DNA from: Eledone cirrhosa
Taxonomy: Eukaryota
Assembly (NCBI GenBank): GCA_964016885.1
Contig: OZ024749.1
Location: 31,310,001 to 31,374,000, forward strand
Direction of reading: 5' to 3'
DNA: 64,000 nt
Part shown: positions 15,896-29,750 of the stretch, piece by piece
How positions within the stretch are numbered: position 1 is the stretch's first letter
Layout: each line of letters starts with the position of its first letter
Translations under genes and position numbers: made by a program
Notes under the pieces: generated by a model
Database searches by the model: none
Told to the model about the DNA's origin: nothing
The model's input: the letters and a program-made list of their open reading frames with translations, nothing else

Positions 15896-15969
15896 AAAAC
15901 TACTACTACTAAAACTGCTACTACCACCACCAACAACACCATTGCTATTACTAGTAGTATCAACAGCAA

Positions 15970-16032
<63 letters not shown>

Positions 16033-16048
16033 CAACAACAGCAGCAGC

Positions 16049-16092
<44 letters not shown>

Positions 16093-16098
16093 CAGCAC

Positions 16099-16139
<41 letters not shown>

Positions 16140-16170
16140 ATAGTAGTAGTAGTAGTAGTAGTTCTATCGC
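14615..16170. repeat. (AAC)n, (TAC)n and (TAG)n trinucleotide microsatellites
   Basis: Direct inspection; source of the poly-T/V/L ORFs. Confidence 0.97.
15563..15758 (-). mobile_element. tRNA-derived SINE, representative full copy (about 30 full or partial copies in the window, e.g. near 3320, 5336, 5560, 6685, 11185, 14330, 22814, 30518, 32305, 33823, 35100, 35298, 35883, 46432, 48024, 54681, 56036, 58065, 58530, 58810, 60060)
   Basis: Head gggcggtggattggcagtatcggtagag (A-box), gagttcaaatcc (B-box), core ttgcctttcatccttacggggtcgataaaataaagtaccagt; 11-18 bp TSDs (aaacagtttaa here, ttactttgaataaataat at 56 kb). Confidence 0.92.
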
Positions 16171-16631
16171 TGCTGCTGCTACTATTTGTGTAATTCTTTT
16201 CTCGTTACGGCTCTGCTCACGTTGCCACCATTGCTGCTGCTGCTGCTGTCACTGCTGCTAGTTTCACTTTCGTTTTCGTTTGTCCATTCATTCATATATT
16301 TCAATTATTAAAAACAACCTCCTCCTGCCACCAGAGTTAACATACCACCTCCTCCCGTCACCAGTTCTCCTCCCTTCTGTATTAATCTTCTATGCCAACT
16401 TCCTCCTTTCTTTACCACCCTCTTCCCTCTCCCCCCTCCCCTTCTCTCTGTCTCTCTCTCTATTCCACCTGATGTTACAAATTACTATTTCAAGCATCTT
16501 CTCTCCTCCCATTCACTAAATTTGTATTACTACGGGACGAAACCCCTCCCCCAAACCAGGCCTGCCAATCTATATTTACATATAAACACCCTCCCTCTGT
16601 CTGTCTCTCTGTCCCTTTCTCTCTCTCTCTC

Positions 16632-16706
<75 letters not shown>

Positions 16707-16813
16707 TTCACCCACTCTACCTCGCATAAATACAAACATAATCCCCCCGCCCCCTCTCTCACCACTCTCAGTGTATTTCCAACTCGCTCTCTGCCCCTCT
16801 CTCTCTCTCTCCA

Positions 16814-16865
<52 letters not shown>

Positions 16866-17069
16866 TCTCTCTCACTCTCTCCACTCACACACCATAGACA
16901 CTCACATACACACACACATATATGTCTATATTAAAAACCATATCTATAATCACTACTTCTACTGCTACTGCTGCTACTACTACTAATTTTGTTATTATTA
17001 ATTAGTATTTTTTTTATTATTATAAGTAGTAAATCTATATATAAATACATATATATATTTATATATATA

Positions 17070-17133
<64 letters not shown>

Positions 17134-17221
17134 ATATACAGACACACACATACACACACACGAACGTACATACATTCATACATACAGAGAGGCATACATA
17201 CGTAGATAGTTGTATACAAAC

Positions 17222-17309
17222 ATGCATATATATGGGTTTATATGAATGACATCGGAGTAAGAAGAAGCCATATCACGACTTGGACAGCATTCTGTGAACA
17301 TCTCTTCAA
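17222..17309 (-). CDS. Candidate exon (3' boundary uncertain)
   Basis: Long polypyrimidine tract then ttaagcag after a 100-bp intron; in frame IEEMFTECCPSRDMASSYSDVIHINP. Confidence 0.35.
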
Positions 17310-17409
17310 CTGCTTAAGTGTTACTTAAACAGAGAAGAAAAAAAAACAAGAATAGCAACAGCCCAGCATTCTGCCGCCTAAGTTGCAGTCTGTGTATTTA
17401 TTCACTTAC

Positions 17410-17443
17410 TGTTACGGGCAGGTGTGATAGGGGGATCAAAAAC
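17410..17443 (-). CDS. Candidate 34-bp exon
   Basis: Acceptor tgttgtgtag, donor gtaagt; VFDPPITPARN; phase-compatible with 28314-28430 and with the next exon starting at 17309. Confidence 0.4.
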
Positions 17444-18194
17444 CTACACAACATAAACGTCATTAGCATCACAAAACTATTTTATTTAAAAGGAACACAT
17501 CAATAACAACAACAACAAAAACAAAAACAGAAAAACTATTAACTTGCTAAAACCAAAAACAATATATATATATATATATACACACAAGAATCCCCTCCCA
17601 CTAAAAAATTAATCAGCACCCCAAAATATATTAATCAGCACCCCAAAGATTATGAGCAACAATTAAAACTTATAACATACACACACAAAGACACAAACTA
17701 ACTTCTAAATATACCTCTTTAACACTAGATATATATTTATATATATATTTATTTATTCCAATCGCACCTATACAATTTTCCGTTTAAAGATCAATTAATT
17801 ACCTTGAACATTATGTTACTTCAAAGAAATCGTCTTCTTTTGATCATCTTTACCCTGGTTCTACCTAATTTGTAAGTTTTAAAAATTATTTTTTCAATTT
17901 AAAATTTTTTATCATTTTTTTTTTTTTTTTTTTACTAATGTGTTTCATTTAACTAAGGTCTGTGTACCCCTGGAAATTAACACAGTTTTCTACATGTGTA
18001 AACCGTACGACGATGGAGTTCTTTAACGGTGAGGGAAACTAATTTTGAGTTGTCTGTTTGAACAGTAAAACTTTCTACTTAAATCCATATTATTAATATC
18101 ATTTCTTAACGTCATCATTCTCTGCCCCCCCCCCTCTCTCTTTATCAATCTTTCTTTCTATTTCACTTCCTTTTTCTCTCTTTGTCTCTCAATT

Positions 18195-18257
<63 letters not shown>

Positions 18258-18832
18258 GAGTCGGGTTTTCTATCCATTCATCCAATTTGTCTTTCACCAT
18301 CTTACAGAGAGCTATATATATATATGTGTGTATATATATTTATATACAGATAGAGAGAGAGAGAAAGAGTACGAAAGAGAAAGAGAGAAAATAAGAGAAA
18401 ATAGAGAAAGAGACAGATTTCCATATATTTATTCATACATACAAAAATGTTTATTTAACTTAAACGATTGACACAAGTCTACCATGATTAAAGAGATTAA
18501 AATTCAAATTGTAAAGGTAAATGATGAACAATACAGATATATATATATAGCGAGGTTAGTAAGTATGTGTGTGTGTGTGTGTGTGTGTGTAAGACAGAGA
18601 GAGAAGGAAATCTCTCATTTAAACACTTTTAATACTACTAAAATGATATCTTGGTAAGTCTCGTGAAAGAGGAAGCGGTAGATTCAAATTATACTTGAAG
18701 TTTTATTATATTACATTTTGAGCAAAGTGATAAACACCGTTTTATTTCTTCTGGTAGTCATATGTAAATATCTATTTATCTTCCTCTCTCTCTCTCTGTC
18801 TCCCCCTCTCTTTCTCTCTCTACCAACGTATA

Positions 18833-18878
<46 letters not shown>

Positions 18879-19018
18879 TGTAAGTATGTATGTATACGTA
18901 CATACACATATGTATACAGACGTACGGTAGTATGCACACATATATACATGCACACATACATATATGCACGTATCGGTTTACCGAACATTTATTATAATGC
19001 TCGGTTTGTTTGTACACA

Positions 19019-19085
<67 letters not shown>

Positions 19086-19556
19086 AATGTAATTTGAGTT
19101 TTTCGAATATTAATAATTGTTTCTACTTTTGGCACAAGGCCAGCTATTAAAACCAGTGTATTACGGGTACTTTATTTTATCGACCCCGTAAGGCAAAGTT
19201 AACCTCGGCGGGATTTACCAATAACATCCGATTCGTTTGCAATTATGCAAACAAGCCTCAATGTTATAGCCATGTCAGTAGAATGAACCCTTCATTCTTG
19301 TTCTTGTGTTGGCATGTGAACATATACATATATATATATAAGAAAATAAGGTTTTTTTTTATTTAAAAAAAAACAAAAGATAAAGGAAAAACGAGATGCC
19401 CTTCATGGGTGAAAGTATAACGAAAGAAATCGAAAATGTAACTGGAGTCTTTTTAAGAATATTTATTTATTTCCTTTGCCGGTTTCACAATTCTATGAAA
19501 CCTGTAAATCAAAAAAATTTGTATTCTTAAAAAGACTCCAGTTTCATTTCCGATTC

Positions 19557-19668
<112 letters not shown>

Positions 19669-19881
19669 AGAGTATTGAAGTTTGCTTGAAGCATTGTGGA
19701 ACAATTGTGTTGTTATTATTATTTTTACCCTTTCACTATTCCCTTCATTCTACACATCTCACACATCTTATACACACCACGCATCTCAACGTACACCCAC
19801 TTACATATCTCTCTCTCTCCTACACCGGACCCTGTTACCCGGAGATTTACCCATTTGCATTGTCGAGGCTTCCAAACGACT

Positions 19882-19953
<72 letters not shown>

Positions 19954-20176
19954 ACCCTCGTGGCTGACCTCCGGCCGCTCCGACAGATAAATCCGAATTG
20001 TTCGGATCTAGCTATGAAAACGTTCGAAGCTCAGCCACTGGGGACCTGACTCTTTTCATATTACCAACTCTACTGCCCTAAATATTGAGTAATCTGGTGC
20101 GTTTTGGTCCACCTGGAATCTTATCTCACCTTGTTTGTCATATATATAAATATATATATATATATATATGTGTGTA

Positions 20177-20241
<65 letters not shown>

Positions 20242-20512
20242 CGAAGGAAATGTGGTAAGGAACCAGGTGGACCGTAACGCACCAAAGTACTCAATACTTA
20301 GGGTAGTAGAGTGGGTAATAGGAACGAGTAGGACCCCGACGGCTGAGCTCAAGCCGTTTCGACGGCTAATTCTGGACTGTATATATATATATTTGGCATA
20401 TTATTTTCTGTGAGTTACTCAACCGATACAAGTGTACACAGAATAGAGTACTCGACGGTGTATGCGTATAACAGAGACTGTGTAACAGATGAGTAAATTG
20501 TAACCTACTGTC

Positions 20513-20583
<71 letters not shown>

Positions 20584-20897
20584 CAAACAAGGTAAGATAC
20601 CAGGGGGACGAAAACGTACCAGATTACTCGTTACTTAGGGCAGTAGAGTTGGTAATATGAAAAGAGTGAGATCCCCAATGGCTGAGCTTCGAATGTTTTG
20701 ATAGCTAGATCTGAACAATTCGGATTTATCTTTGTCGGAGCGGCCGGAGGTCAGCTGCCAGGATCCTCACTCTTTCTATATATATATATATATATATAAT
20801 GAAATGAACTGCTTTACGTTTAGTACTCTCTATATTATTACATTACGATTGACCATACGGAATAGACCAGCTCTATCCAGTGGTGAACCTCAAACAT

Positions 20898-20976
<79 letters not shown>

Positions 20977-21132
20977 AAACAATTATATATTCTTGTAAAA
21001 TGTAGGAACACAAACATAGTAACTATAAACACAGTTGATTGCTATAAGTAAAACCATAGAAAATCCGGTAGAATAATAACGTTGAGATAGAAAATGCAAC
21101 TCTTAATTTTCAATGGATTGTCAATAGAAAAA

Positions 21133-21479
21133 CCGGTAAAGACTCGCTATATTCGCGGGGGTTACTTTCCTAGGGCACCCCGAAGAGAGAAAAACCGCGA
21201 ATATCGGAGGTGGTCCAGAAGAAAGCCTATAAACATCAAAATATAACTTAAAATATAATAAAAAAAGAGGGACCATCTTATACGAAGGGGCTTCCAAAGG
21301 GCCGGCAAATACGATATATTGTTATTAATAATTTAGCGTTAAAATTATATTGCCACGAAAAAAAAACATAAAAATTATCGTGGAAGATATTTGCGATTCC
21401 GAGAATATGCGGTGGTTTCCATGAACAAATATTAGCTAGGTCTTAAGGAAAATTCCGCGAATGGCGAAGGTACACTGTA
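21133..21479. mobile_element. Tigger/pogo-like MITE remnant
   Basis: Right end ccgcgaatggcgaaggtacactg-ta; left end ctcgctatattcgcgg. Confidence 0.6.
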
Positions 21480-21944
21480 TATTTATATGCTTTACGGGAT
21501 ATGGATACATTTAAGGTTAAAATCCCCCCTTTCATTCTTACGGAGCCGATAAAATAAAGTACCAGTAATTTACTTACCCTTTCTCCGCAATACTTTTCAC
21601 TCAATCAGTCATTTTGATTATATATTTTGGAAGAACTTTAAAGTCAAAGTTTCGGATTTGTAATGGTTTTACAATGTACTTGAAATGAAACCATGAGTTG
21701 AAAATGAAAATATTTACATCGTGGACGAAACATATTTTTAATACCATACACGAAACTCATTAGGTAATCAGGTCGCAAGAAGTGCGACGAAATGATTGCA
21801 ACAGTGATTTAGATGATTATTCAGTAGATTCTGTGTTTTGTCATTGTTAAAATGACTCTCTGTTTCGACTAAGGCTTTGAAACTTCAAGCATCTTTGCAA
21901 CATTATAAACTGTAATTTTTTTTTCTTATTTTCATATAAAATAT

Positions 21945-22295
21945 TATACAACAAATTATCCTCTACGTGGTCATTTGACATGCAAGAAATAGTAGCTATA
22001 TCTCTCATAACCATAGACTTAGCATACCACAAAGATATGTAACTTTAACAAATGATCCATTACGTAGTCATTTGCCATGCAAGAAATAGCAGCTATATCT
22101 CTCATAACCATAGAGTGAGCATACCACAAAAATATGAATTTTAACAAAAGGTCCACTACATGTTCATTTGACATGCATAAAATACCAGCTATATCTCCCA
22201 TAACCATAGACTCAACATACCACAAAGATATGTAACTTTAACAAAAGGTCCACTACGTGGTCATTTGACATGCCACAAAGATATGTAACTTTAAC
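21945..22295. repeat. ~97-bp tandem repeat x3.5
   Basis: cataccacaaa.atatg.a..ttaacaaa at 22023, 22120 and 22216. Confidence 0.95.
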
Positions 22296-23049
22296 GTAAT
22301 TCTCAGTGATATTTGACGTGATACATGGTGTGTTAAGGGTCACCTTTTGAATCATAGGTACAGTCCGTCTGTACCTATGTTTACCGAATTTCACTCGCAA
22401 TCAGGTAAGGGTCGCAGAGTTGTTATGGTGATTGATATTTGCTCATAGAAGCCATCAAGTGAGATCGAAACCTGTTTTCCAATGATTACGAATCGAACAC
22501 CTTAAACATCCAGCCGCCTCTTCAAGCTACAGCAACAAAAACAATAGCAACATCATCAAGAGTTACAACTAAAGATGAGACCTTCCTAAAATTGAATGAG
22601 ATATATAACAGAGATGTACAGCATTTCAGTATCTTAGATAATAGTTTCTGATTTGGGCACCAAACCAACAATGTTTGTCGAGGGGAACCTCGATCAAATC
22701 GACTCCAGTACTTTACTGGTAAATTATTTTATTGACCCCATAAGGCTGAAAAGCAATGCTAACCTAGGCAGGTTTGAACTTAGAACGTAAACGGACTTAA
22801 ATTTAATGTAAAAATAATGGTTTCTGATTTAAGCACAAGGCCAGCAATTTAGGGAGAAGGGAAATACAATTAATACGGCTCCAGTGCGTTACTGGTATTT
22901 TATTTTGTCGACCCCCGTAAGTATGAAAAACAAAGTTAGCCTCGGCGGTATTTGAAGACAGAACGTAAAAGGACGACACAATATGCTTAGAAGCAGATTG
23001 TCCGACGCTCTGATAATTGCTGCCAATAAATGACCCTGGTAACTTAGAT

Positions 23050-23280
23050 CAGGCATGTCAAACGGTCCTTTACAAGCACACCTGCGGCCTGTCAAACGGT
23101 CCTTTACAAGCACACCTGCGGCCCGCACAAATGTTTTTACAGCGCGAGCATGTTTTATCTTCGTAATATAAAATTAAAAAGATTAGTTGTAATGGGCGCA
23201 ATTAGCTGTCGTGTGTGACCCTCAGACAATACATATGTGACCCATGTGGTACTCGGGGAACCCTAAGTGCGACATGACTG
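23050..23280. mobile_element. hAT-type MITE
   Basis: TIRs caggcatgtcaaac / gtgcgacatgactg; 8-bp TSD acttagat / acttggat. Confidence 0.85.
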
Positions 23281-23545
23281 ACTTGGATGAAAATATTGTG
23301 TTTGTTTAGGTGATGCTTCATACAGTGTAGGCTTTAGTGCCAACACACACACCTGACTTTGGATCATATGGCAGCTTTATATGATGTTTGAACGATAGGG
23401 ACCCACTCTCCATATGTCACTATTTATACGGAAATTGTTAGGTGAGATTTGAACGTCGAACTCAATACAGCAAGCGATCATATTGAACGTTTTAATATTT
23501 CCGCCTGCGCAAGATTGTGTGTGCGTATGAATGTATGTATGTATT

Positions 23546-23638
<93 letters not shown>

Positions 23639-23704
23639 ACACATATATGTATACATATATATGTGTGTACACATATATATATGTATATATATATAAATGT
23701 GTGT

Positions 23705-23776
<72 letters not shown>

Positions 23777-23932
23777 CAAAGAGGGTGTGGTAAGATACCA
23801 GGTGGACCAAACCGCACCATAGTACTCGATACTCTGGGTAGTAGAGTGGGTAATATGAAAAGATTCAGGACGCCGATGGCTGAGGCTCCGGTAGTCTCCG
23901 GTAGTCTCGACACCTAGATCCTGAATCTTTTC

Positions 23933-23966
<34 letters not shown>

Positions 23967-23968
<2 letters not shown>

Positions 23969-24172
23969 CGAAGGAAATGTGGTAAGGAACCAGATGGACC
24001 ATAACGCACCAAAGTACTCAATACTTAGGGTAGTAGAGTGGGTAATAGGAACGAGTAGGACCCCGACGCATGAGCTCAAGCCGTTTGGACGGGTAATTCT
24101 CGACTAAAATCATTTTAGTCCAGAATTAGCCGTCGAAACGGCTTGAGCTCAGCCGTCGGGGTCCTACTCGTT

Positions 24173-24177
<5 letters not shown>
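23967..24177 (-). mobile_element. Family A: ~200-bp non-autonomous (TA)n-inserted element with terminal palindrome. Other copies: 12791-12988(-), 19951-20140(+), 20240-20379(-), 20582-20777(-), 23775-23935(-), 24384-24578(-), 30209-30280(+), 42823-42977(+)
   Basis: Shared sequence tgtggtaagga/ataccaggtggacc..aacgcacca.agtactc..tactt.gggtagtagagt.ggtaata; every copy is flanked on both sides by TA repeats. Confidence 0.9.
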
Positions 24178-24243
<66 letters not shown>

Positions 24244-24573
24244 CACAACAGTTAGTTCACCATCATGGTGGACTAACTGTTGTGTTGCCACTTCTACCTA
24301 ACTCGTCCCATGGACTGAGTGCTCTGCCACTATGGATATTACCTTCCAGTGTTCTACCACTCTCTCTATCTATATATATATATAACGAAGGAAATGTGGT
24401 AAGGAACCAGGTGGACCATAACGCACCAAAGTACTCAATACTTAGCGTAGTAGAGTGGGTAATAGGAACAAATAAGACCCCGACGGATGAGCTCAAGCCG
24501 TTTCGACGGCTAATTCTGTAACAGAATTAGCCGTCGAAACGGCTTGAGCTCAGCCGTCGGGGTCTTACTTGTT

Positions 24574-24624
<51 letters not shown>

Positions 24625-25529
24625 GTGCGTAAGGTCATGAGATGAGTCCTTGACCAAGACACTTTATTTCCCGCCACTCCAGTCCATTCAGCTGGTAAAA
24701 ATAGAAATGAGAAAGTGATATATAGGAAAAATCGAACCCAGTACTTGACGGGTACTTTTATTATCGACCGCCAAATTTACCTCGAACTTTACTTCCCCAC
24801 TTTAAAAAAAGAATATCATTTTTGAATGGTGTAATTATAGATACGTTATTGCTAAAAGCAATATGGGCTGTTCAAAAGTGCATAGCTGTTTCTCATAGTT
24901 CTGCTTGATAGTGTTACCCTAGACGAAATAAAATAAATAAAGCACATCCGGCCTACATTAAATTTTGCCTATTATATCATATTGTAATGTTGTGTTGTTG
25001 TTTGTTTTGGGGTTTTCTTGCTGGTGGCGTTTTAATTTAGGTCTAAAATATTTTCAGTTATAAACAGTATCAATATCATTTACACCAGCTTTATTTGAAA
25101 GGTGGTGAAATGGCCAAGTTGTTAAAGTTTTAAAAGAGGGATTGCGGTGTATGAAACCCACTGAGGTTAACTGTGCTTTCCTTCCTTTTGATGTCAATAA
25201 AATAAGATTCCACTCTCAGTAGTTCAGCTGAATTTGTAGAACATCGGATAAGATGCATTGCTTTATTTATTCCAGTACTGAGTGTTCTTAGTTCAAATCA
25301 CGCTACCTCCTGCTTGGATGGTAGTTTTTTAATTTGTCAAAAGGTTTAACACTAATTGGTCGTTGGGTGCTTGCTTTTATGTTTTTGTTTTTTTGTGTTT
25401 TTTTTTTTTGTTTTTGTAAAGGGGGCGGGGGTCCAATCTGCTCAAATCGTTCGGACTAAGTTTGAAGATACCTTTATTATTGTCCCTAGTCTCGGATAAA
25501 TTAAAAACAGTAAAGGTACTTCCCTTCTC

Positions 25530-26456
25530 TCCCAGAATAAATAATTGTTTCTACTTTAAGCACAAGGCCAGCAATTACCCAGTGCATTACTGGTACTTTA
25601 TTTTATCGACCCCGTAAGGATGAAAGGCAAAGTCAACCTCGGCGGGATTTGAACTCAGATCGTAAAGGGGCGTAACTATGCTGGAAAGCATGGCGTCCGA
25701 CCCTCTACCGATACTGCCAATCCACCGCCCTGAATAAATAATGGTTTCTGATTTAGGCACAAGGCCATCAATTTGGGGAGAAGGGGGGAAAGTCGATTTT
25801 ATCGAACCCAGTGCAATACTGGTCCTTTTTTATCGACCTCGTAATGATGAAAGGCAAAGCTAATCCCGACGGGACTTGAACTCATAACGTAAGGAAGATA
25901 ATTCTATGCCGCAAAGCATAGTATCAGTGCCTGATGCTCTACCGATACTGGCAATTCATCACCCTTTCTCCAGAATAAATAATGATTTCTAGTATAGGAA
26001 CAAGGCCAGTAATTTGGGTTGAGGGGAAAGTCTATTAAATCGACCCCAGTACGATACTGGTGCTTTATTTTATCGAGCCAGTAAGGATGAAAGTCACAGC
26101 TAACCACGGCAGGATTTGAACTCAGAACGTAAGAGCCATAATTCTATGCGGCAAAGCATGGTATCAGTGCCGACGCTCTACCAACACAGGCAATCCACTG
26201 CCCTTCCCCCAGAATGAATACTTGTTTCTATTTTAGCCACAAGGCCAGCAGCTTGGGGAGAGGGGAAAGTCGATTAAATCAACACCAGTACATTACTGGT
26301 ACTTTTTTTTATCGACCCCGTAAGGATGAAACGCAAAGTTAACCTCGGCGGGATTTGAACTCAGATCGTAAAGAGCCGTAAATCTATGCCGCTGCGCATG
26401 TTGTCCAACGCTCTACTGATTCTACCAATCCACCGCCCTTCCCAGAATAAATAATG
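25530..26456 (-). mobile_element. Stack of four head-to-tail SINE copies
   Basis: Copies are separated by a recurring (cca)gaataaataat motif. Confidence 0.9.
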
Positions 26457-27833
26457 AAAGTACATTGAAACAAATACGTCGACTACACACTTTGAAATAT
26501 TCCAGTTGAAGGGAAAGGTTAACATGTAATTATAGATATGTTATAAAGCAGTATGGGTTCTTCAAAACTTCAAAGCCATTCCTGCTAGTTCTGCTCGATA
26601 GTGTTACCCTGGACTAAATAAAATAAATAAACCACCACATACCGTTTCTATTAAATTTTGCTGACAAAAATTGTCATAATATGATATCGTATTATAAAAT
26701 TTATCTTAAAAAATATTAATACACATATTTTGTATCTGTTTTGGAGGGGTAAAAACTTTAAATGCATTGGGGTATTTTTTCTGGGGCTATGTGCTGTCAA
26801 TTCAAATCGCACCGTGGTCAATTTTGGGCTTCCATGTTTTTGAGATCGATAAAATAAAGGACCAATCAAGTACTGAAGTCGATGTAATTAACTTTCATCT
26901 CTTCCTCACAAAATTGCTGGCCTTGTGCCAAAATCCGAAACCTTTATTATCACTGTTGTTTCATGGCACTTTACGTTCTGAATTCAACTCCTGCCGAGGT
27001 TAACTTTGCCTTTCATCATTAAAGGATCGAAAAAATAAAATACCAGTAACGCACAGGGGTCGATTTAATCGATTTTCCTTCCCCAATTCGTTGGCTTTCT
27101 GCCTAAATTAGAATTTCACTGTTGTGTTGCCGACTCATATTTCGAATTAAATATGTTTAGATTTAATGTAGAATATTTTGTTGGTTTTTCTTTTCTTTTC
27201 TTTTTTTCTTTTTTGTTGATTTGCTTTTCACTGAATCCCATTTTGCTACGTAATTTATTTCCAAATAGTTACTACCACCGTTATTTTCTCTTAATAGATT
27301 TATTTTAATTTTCTGGTTTATTAATTACCATTAATTTGATAAATAATCAACGGCTGATTTTGATGGCGATTTTGAAGAATCGGAAACGAGTCACATTAAG
27401 CCTATTGGTTATTATTCTGTCATTCTTAGTTCAATTCCCATCAACATATGTTTAGTCTTTCATCCTTTTTTGAGAAAGTGGATTCGATAACGAAATTGCC
27501 ATTCCATGGATCCATATATGGAGGATTGGCCGAGGCACTAAAGAGTCAGATGGGTGGTTTTGTGATGTTTCTTCGTTCAATTTACGTTCTGAATTCCATC
27601 CTATACGATCTCGTTTTGCTAAGATTTGTGACTGGCAGATAGTAACAATAATGAAAATATCAATGGAAACGTCGTTTGCTTCGACCAATCTGATGATCAG
27701 GTCCTTTCCTTTTGACATATATTCTCACATCGGATTGTAAACCCGTTCGATACCAACCATTTCTCATTTGCGTGTTTCCAGATTGCTTGTGATTCGTTAT
27801 TTCTTCTCAAACCTTCTATTCCTTCAGGTTTAG

Positions 27834-27924
<91 letters not shown>

Positions 27925-28313
27925 CCCTATGTATGTCTTCCTTGATATAAAATCATACATGGATTAATGGTTAGGATGTGTGTTTCGAAACGCCGATCAC
28001 TCTGTTCGATCCCACCACGTGACTTCTTGTATAATTATTATTACCTTAGACTCCTGTAGATCCAAGAATTGTGGTGAAATTTGTGACATAGAAACTATGC
28101 AGAAGTCCGTCTGAGTGTTTGCAACAAGAATTAAATGGACCAGCCTCGACCCATAATGTATTCTAATTATTTATCTTGGATATTCCGTTAACGGTACACC
28201 ATGGATGTGAAATACTCAGTCACGTTCAAGTTAATTTATCTAGTCGGGTGTCTGATAGATCGAACAACTGAATGGTCATGATTCACAACGACAGAGGATA
28301 CCTCAATCATTAC

Positions 28314-28430
28314 CTTATCTTTATAACCTCCTATATTTGTGAAGTCAAAGACAATTGCCTGTTTTTTTTTCTTCCAATCAAGCACACAATATGAGACTGA
28401 ACTGACTCCTACTGGGAAGGATTTGACCAC
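28314..28430 (-). CDS. Candidate internal coding exon (117 bp, phase 0-0), product unknown
   Basis: Acceptor tttctctcctacag, donor AAG|gtaatg; only one frame is open: VVKSFPVGVSSVSYCVLDWKKKKQAIVFDFTNIGGYKDK. Confidence 0.45.
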
Positions 28431-28515
28431 CTGTAGGAGAGAAACTCGCGAGTTGGAATGACTCTTTCAACGCATCTCCACGCTATCCTGTTGGCTAAAG
28501 ATTTCATTACCAACT

Positions 28516-28700
28516 TGTGGTAATATATGACATCCACCATGTGGTAATTTATGTCATATACCATGTGGTAATATATGACATCCACAATGTGATAATATAT
28601 GACATCCACCATGTGGTAATATATGACGTCCACCATGTGGTAATTTATGTCATATACCATGTGGTAATATATGTCACCCGCCATGGGGTAATATATGTCA
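28516..28700. repeat. 24-bp minisatellite
   Basis: tggtaatatatgacatccaccatg x about 7.5. Confidence 0.95.
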
Positions 28701-28779
28701 GTCACTATGTCGAAATATAAATCAAATATAGAGGGATCACAGGACAAAAGAAATGGGAAAAAACAACCGAAAGACGGAC

Positions 28780-28816
<37 letters not shown>

Positions 28817-28817
<1 letters not shown>

Positions 28818-29112
28818 TTACAATAATCAAAGTTCAGTTTAAATCATTTATTTGCTTACAATTGTTTCCTCCAAACCGAGGTTTGGATTCTTCGGAGCAA
28901 CTATTTAGTGATCTATAACATACTTGACCTCCTTTTCAACACAAGAGACATATAAAACATATGCACATATGTTTTATATGTCTCTTGTGTTGAAAAGGAG
29001 GTCAAGTATGTTACAGATCACTAAATAGTTGCTCCGAAGAATCCAAACCTCGGTTTGGAGGAAACAATTGTAAGCAAATAAATGATTTAAACTGAACTTT
29101 GATTATTGTAAT
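28817..29112. repeat. DNA palindrome, 147-bp arms, 2-nt loop
   Basis: Centre catatg-ca-catatg at 28958-28971; one mismatch seen between arms. Confidence 0.95.
29029..29077 (+). ncRNA. Hammerhead ribozyme variant with CCGAAGA core; identical mirror copy on - strand at about 28852-28900
   Basis: ttgct CCGAAGA a-tccaaacc-tc-ggtttgga-g GAAA caattg TA^ agcaa. The U4C change is present in both arms. Confidence 0.75.
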
Positions 29113-29280
29113 ATCTATATAACTGCTCTGTAAAACAACGGATGTTATTACATTGAGCTATTTATCTTACTGGTAATAAGATAGTAATTAATGACTATCT
29201 TTCACTATTTAAGGTTTGTATGAAAAATATATTACCATAAAAGGTTTTATTACATACATAACCATAAATAGTATCCTTAA

Positions 29281-29334
<54 letters not shown>

Positions 29335-29533
29335 CTATTGGTGTACTGAAATAGGGATGTATACATGAATGTATGTATAGTATATATGGCAATATACTGT
29401 ATGTTTTAAAGTAGTGACTATGTCACTACTTTAAAACTCATAGCGAATGGTCTTCTAAATGTTTTTAATTAAACGTACAGTATATTGCCATATATACAAT
29501 ACATACATTCATATATATATATATATATGTATG

Positions 29534-29659
<126 letters not shown>

Positions 29660-29750
29660 GAGTTTATGTTGGTTGTATACCAACACCTCAGTATGCAGGC
29701 TTGAGCACTCGACGAAGTGCGCAGGTTGGTTCGGTTACTCCGGAGTAGTG

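Noticed and set aside
27665-27700. GAAACGTC..CTGATGA as a type II hammerhead
   Set aside because: No stem II pairing and a weak stem I.
28409-28747. YYHMVDVI repeat protein
   Set aside because: 24-bp minisatellite open on both strands; no splice or start support.
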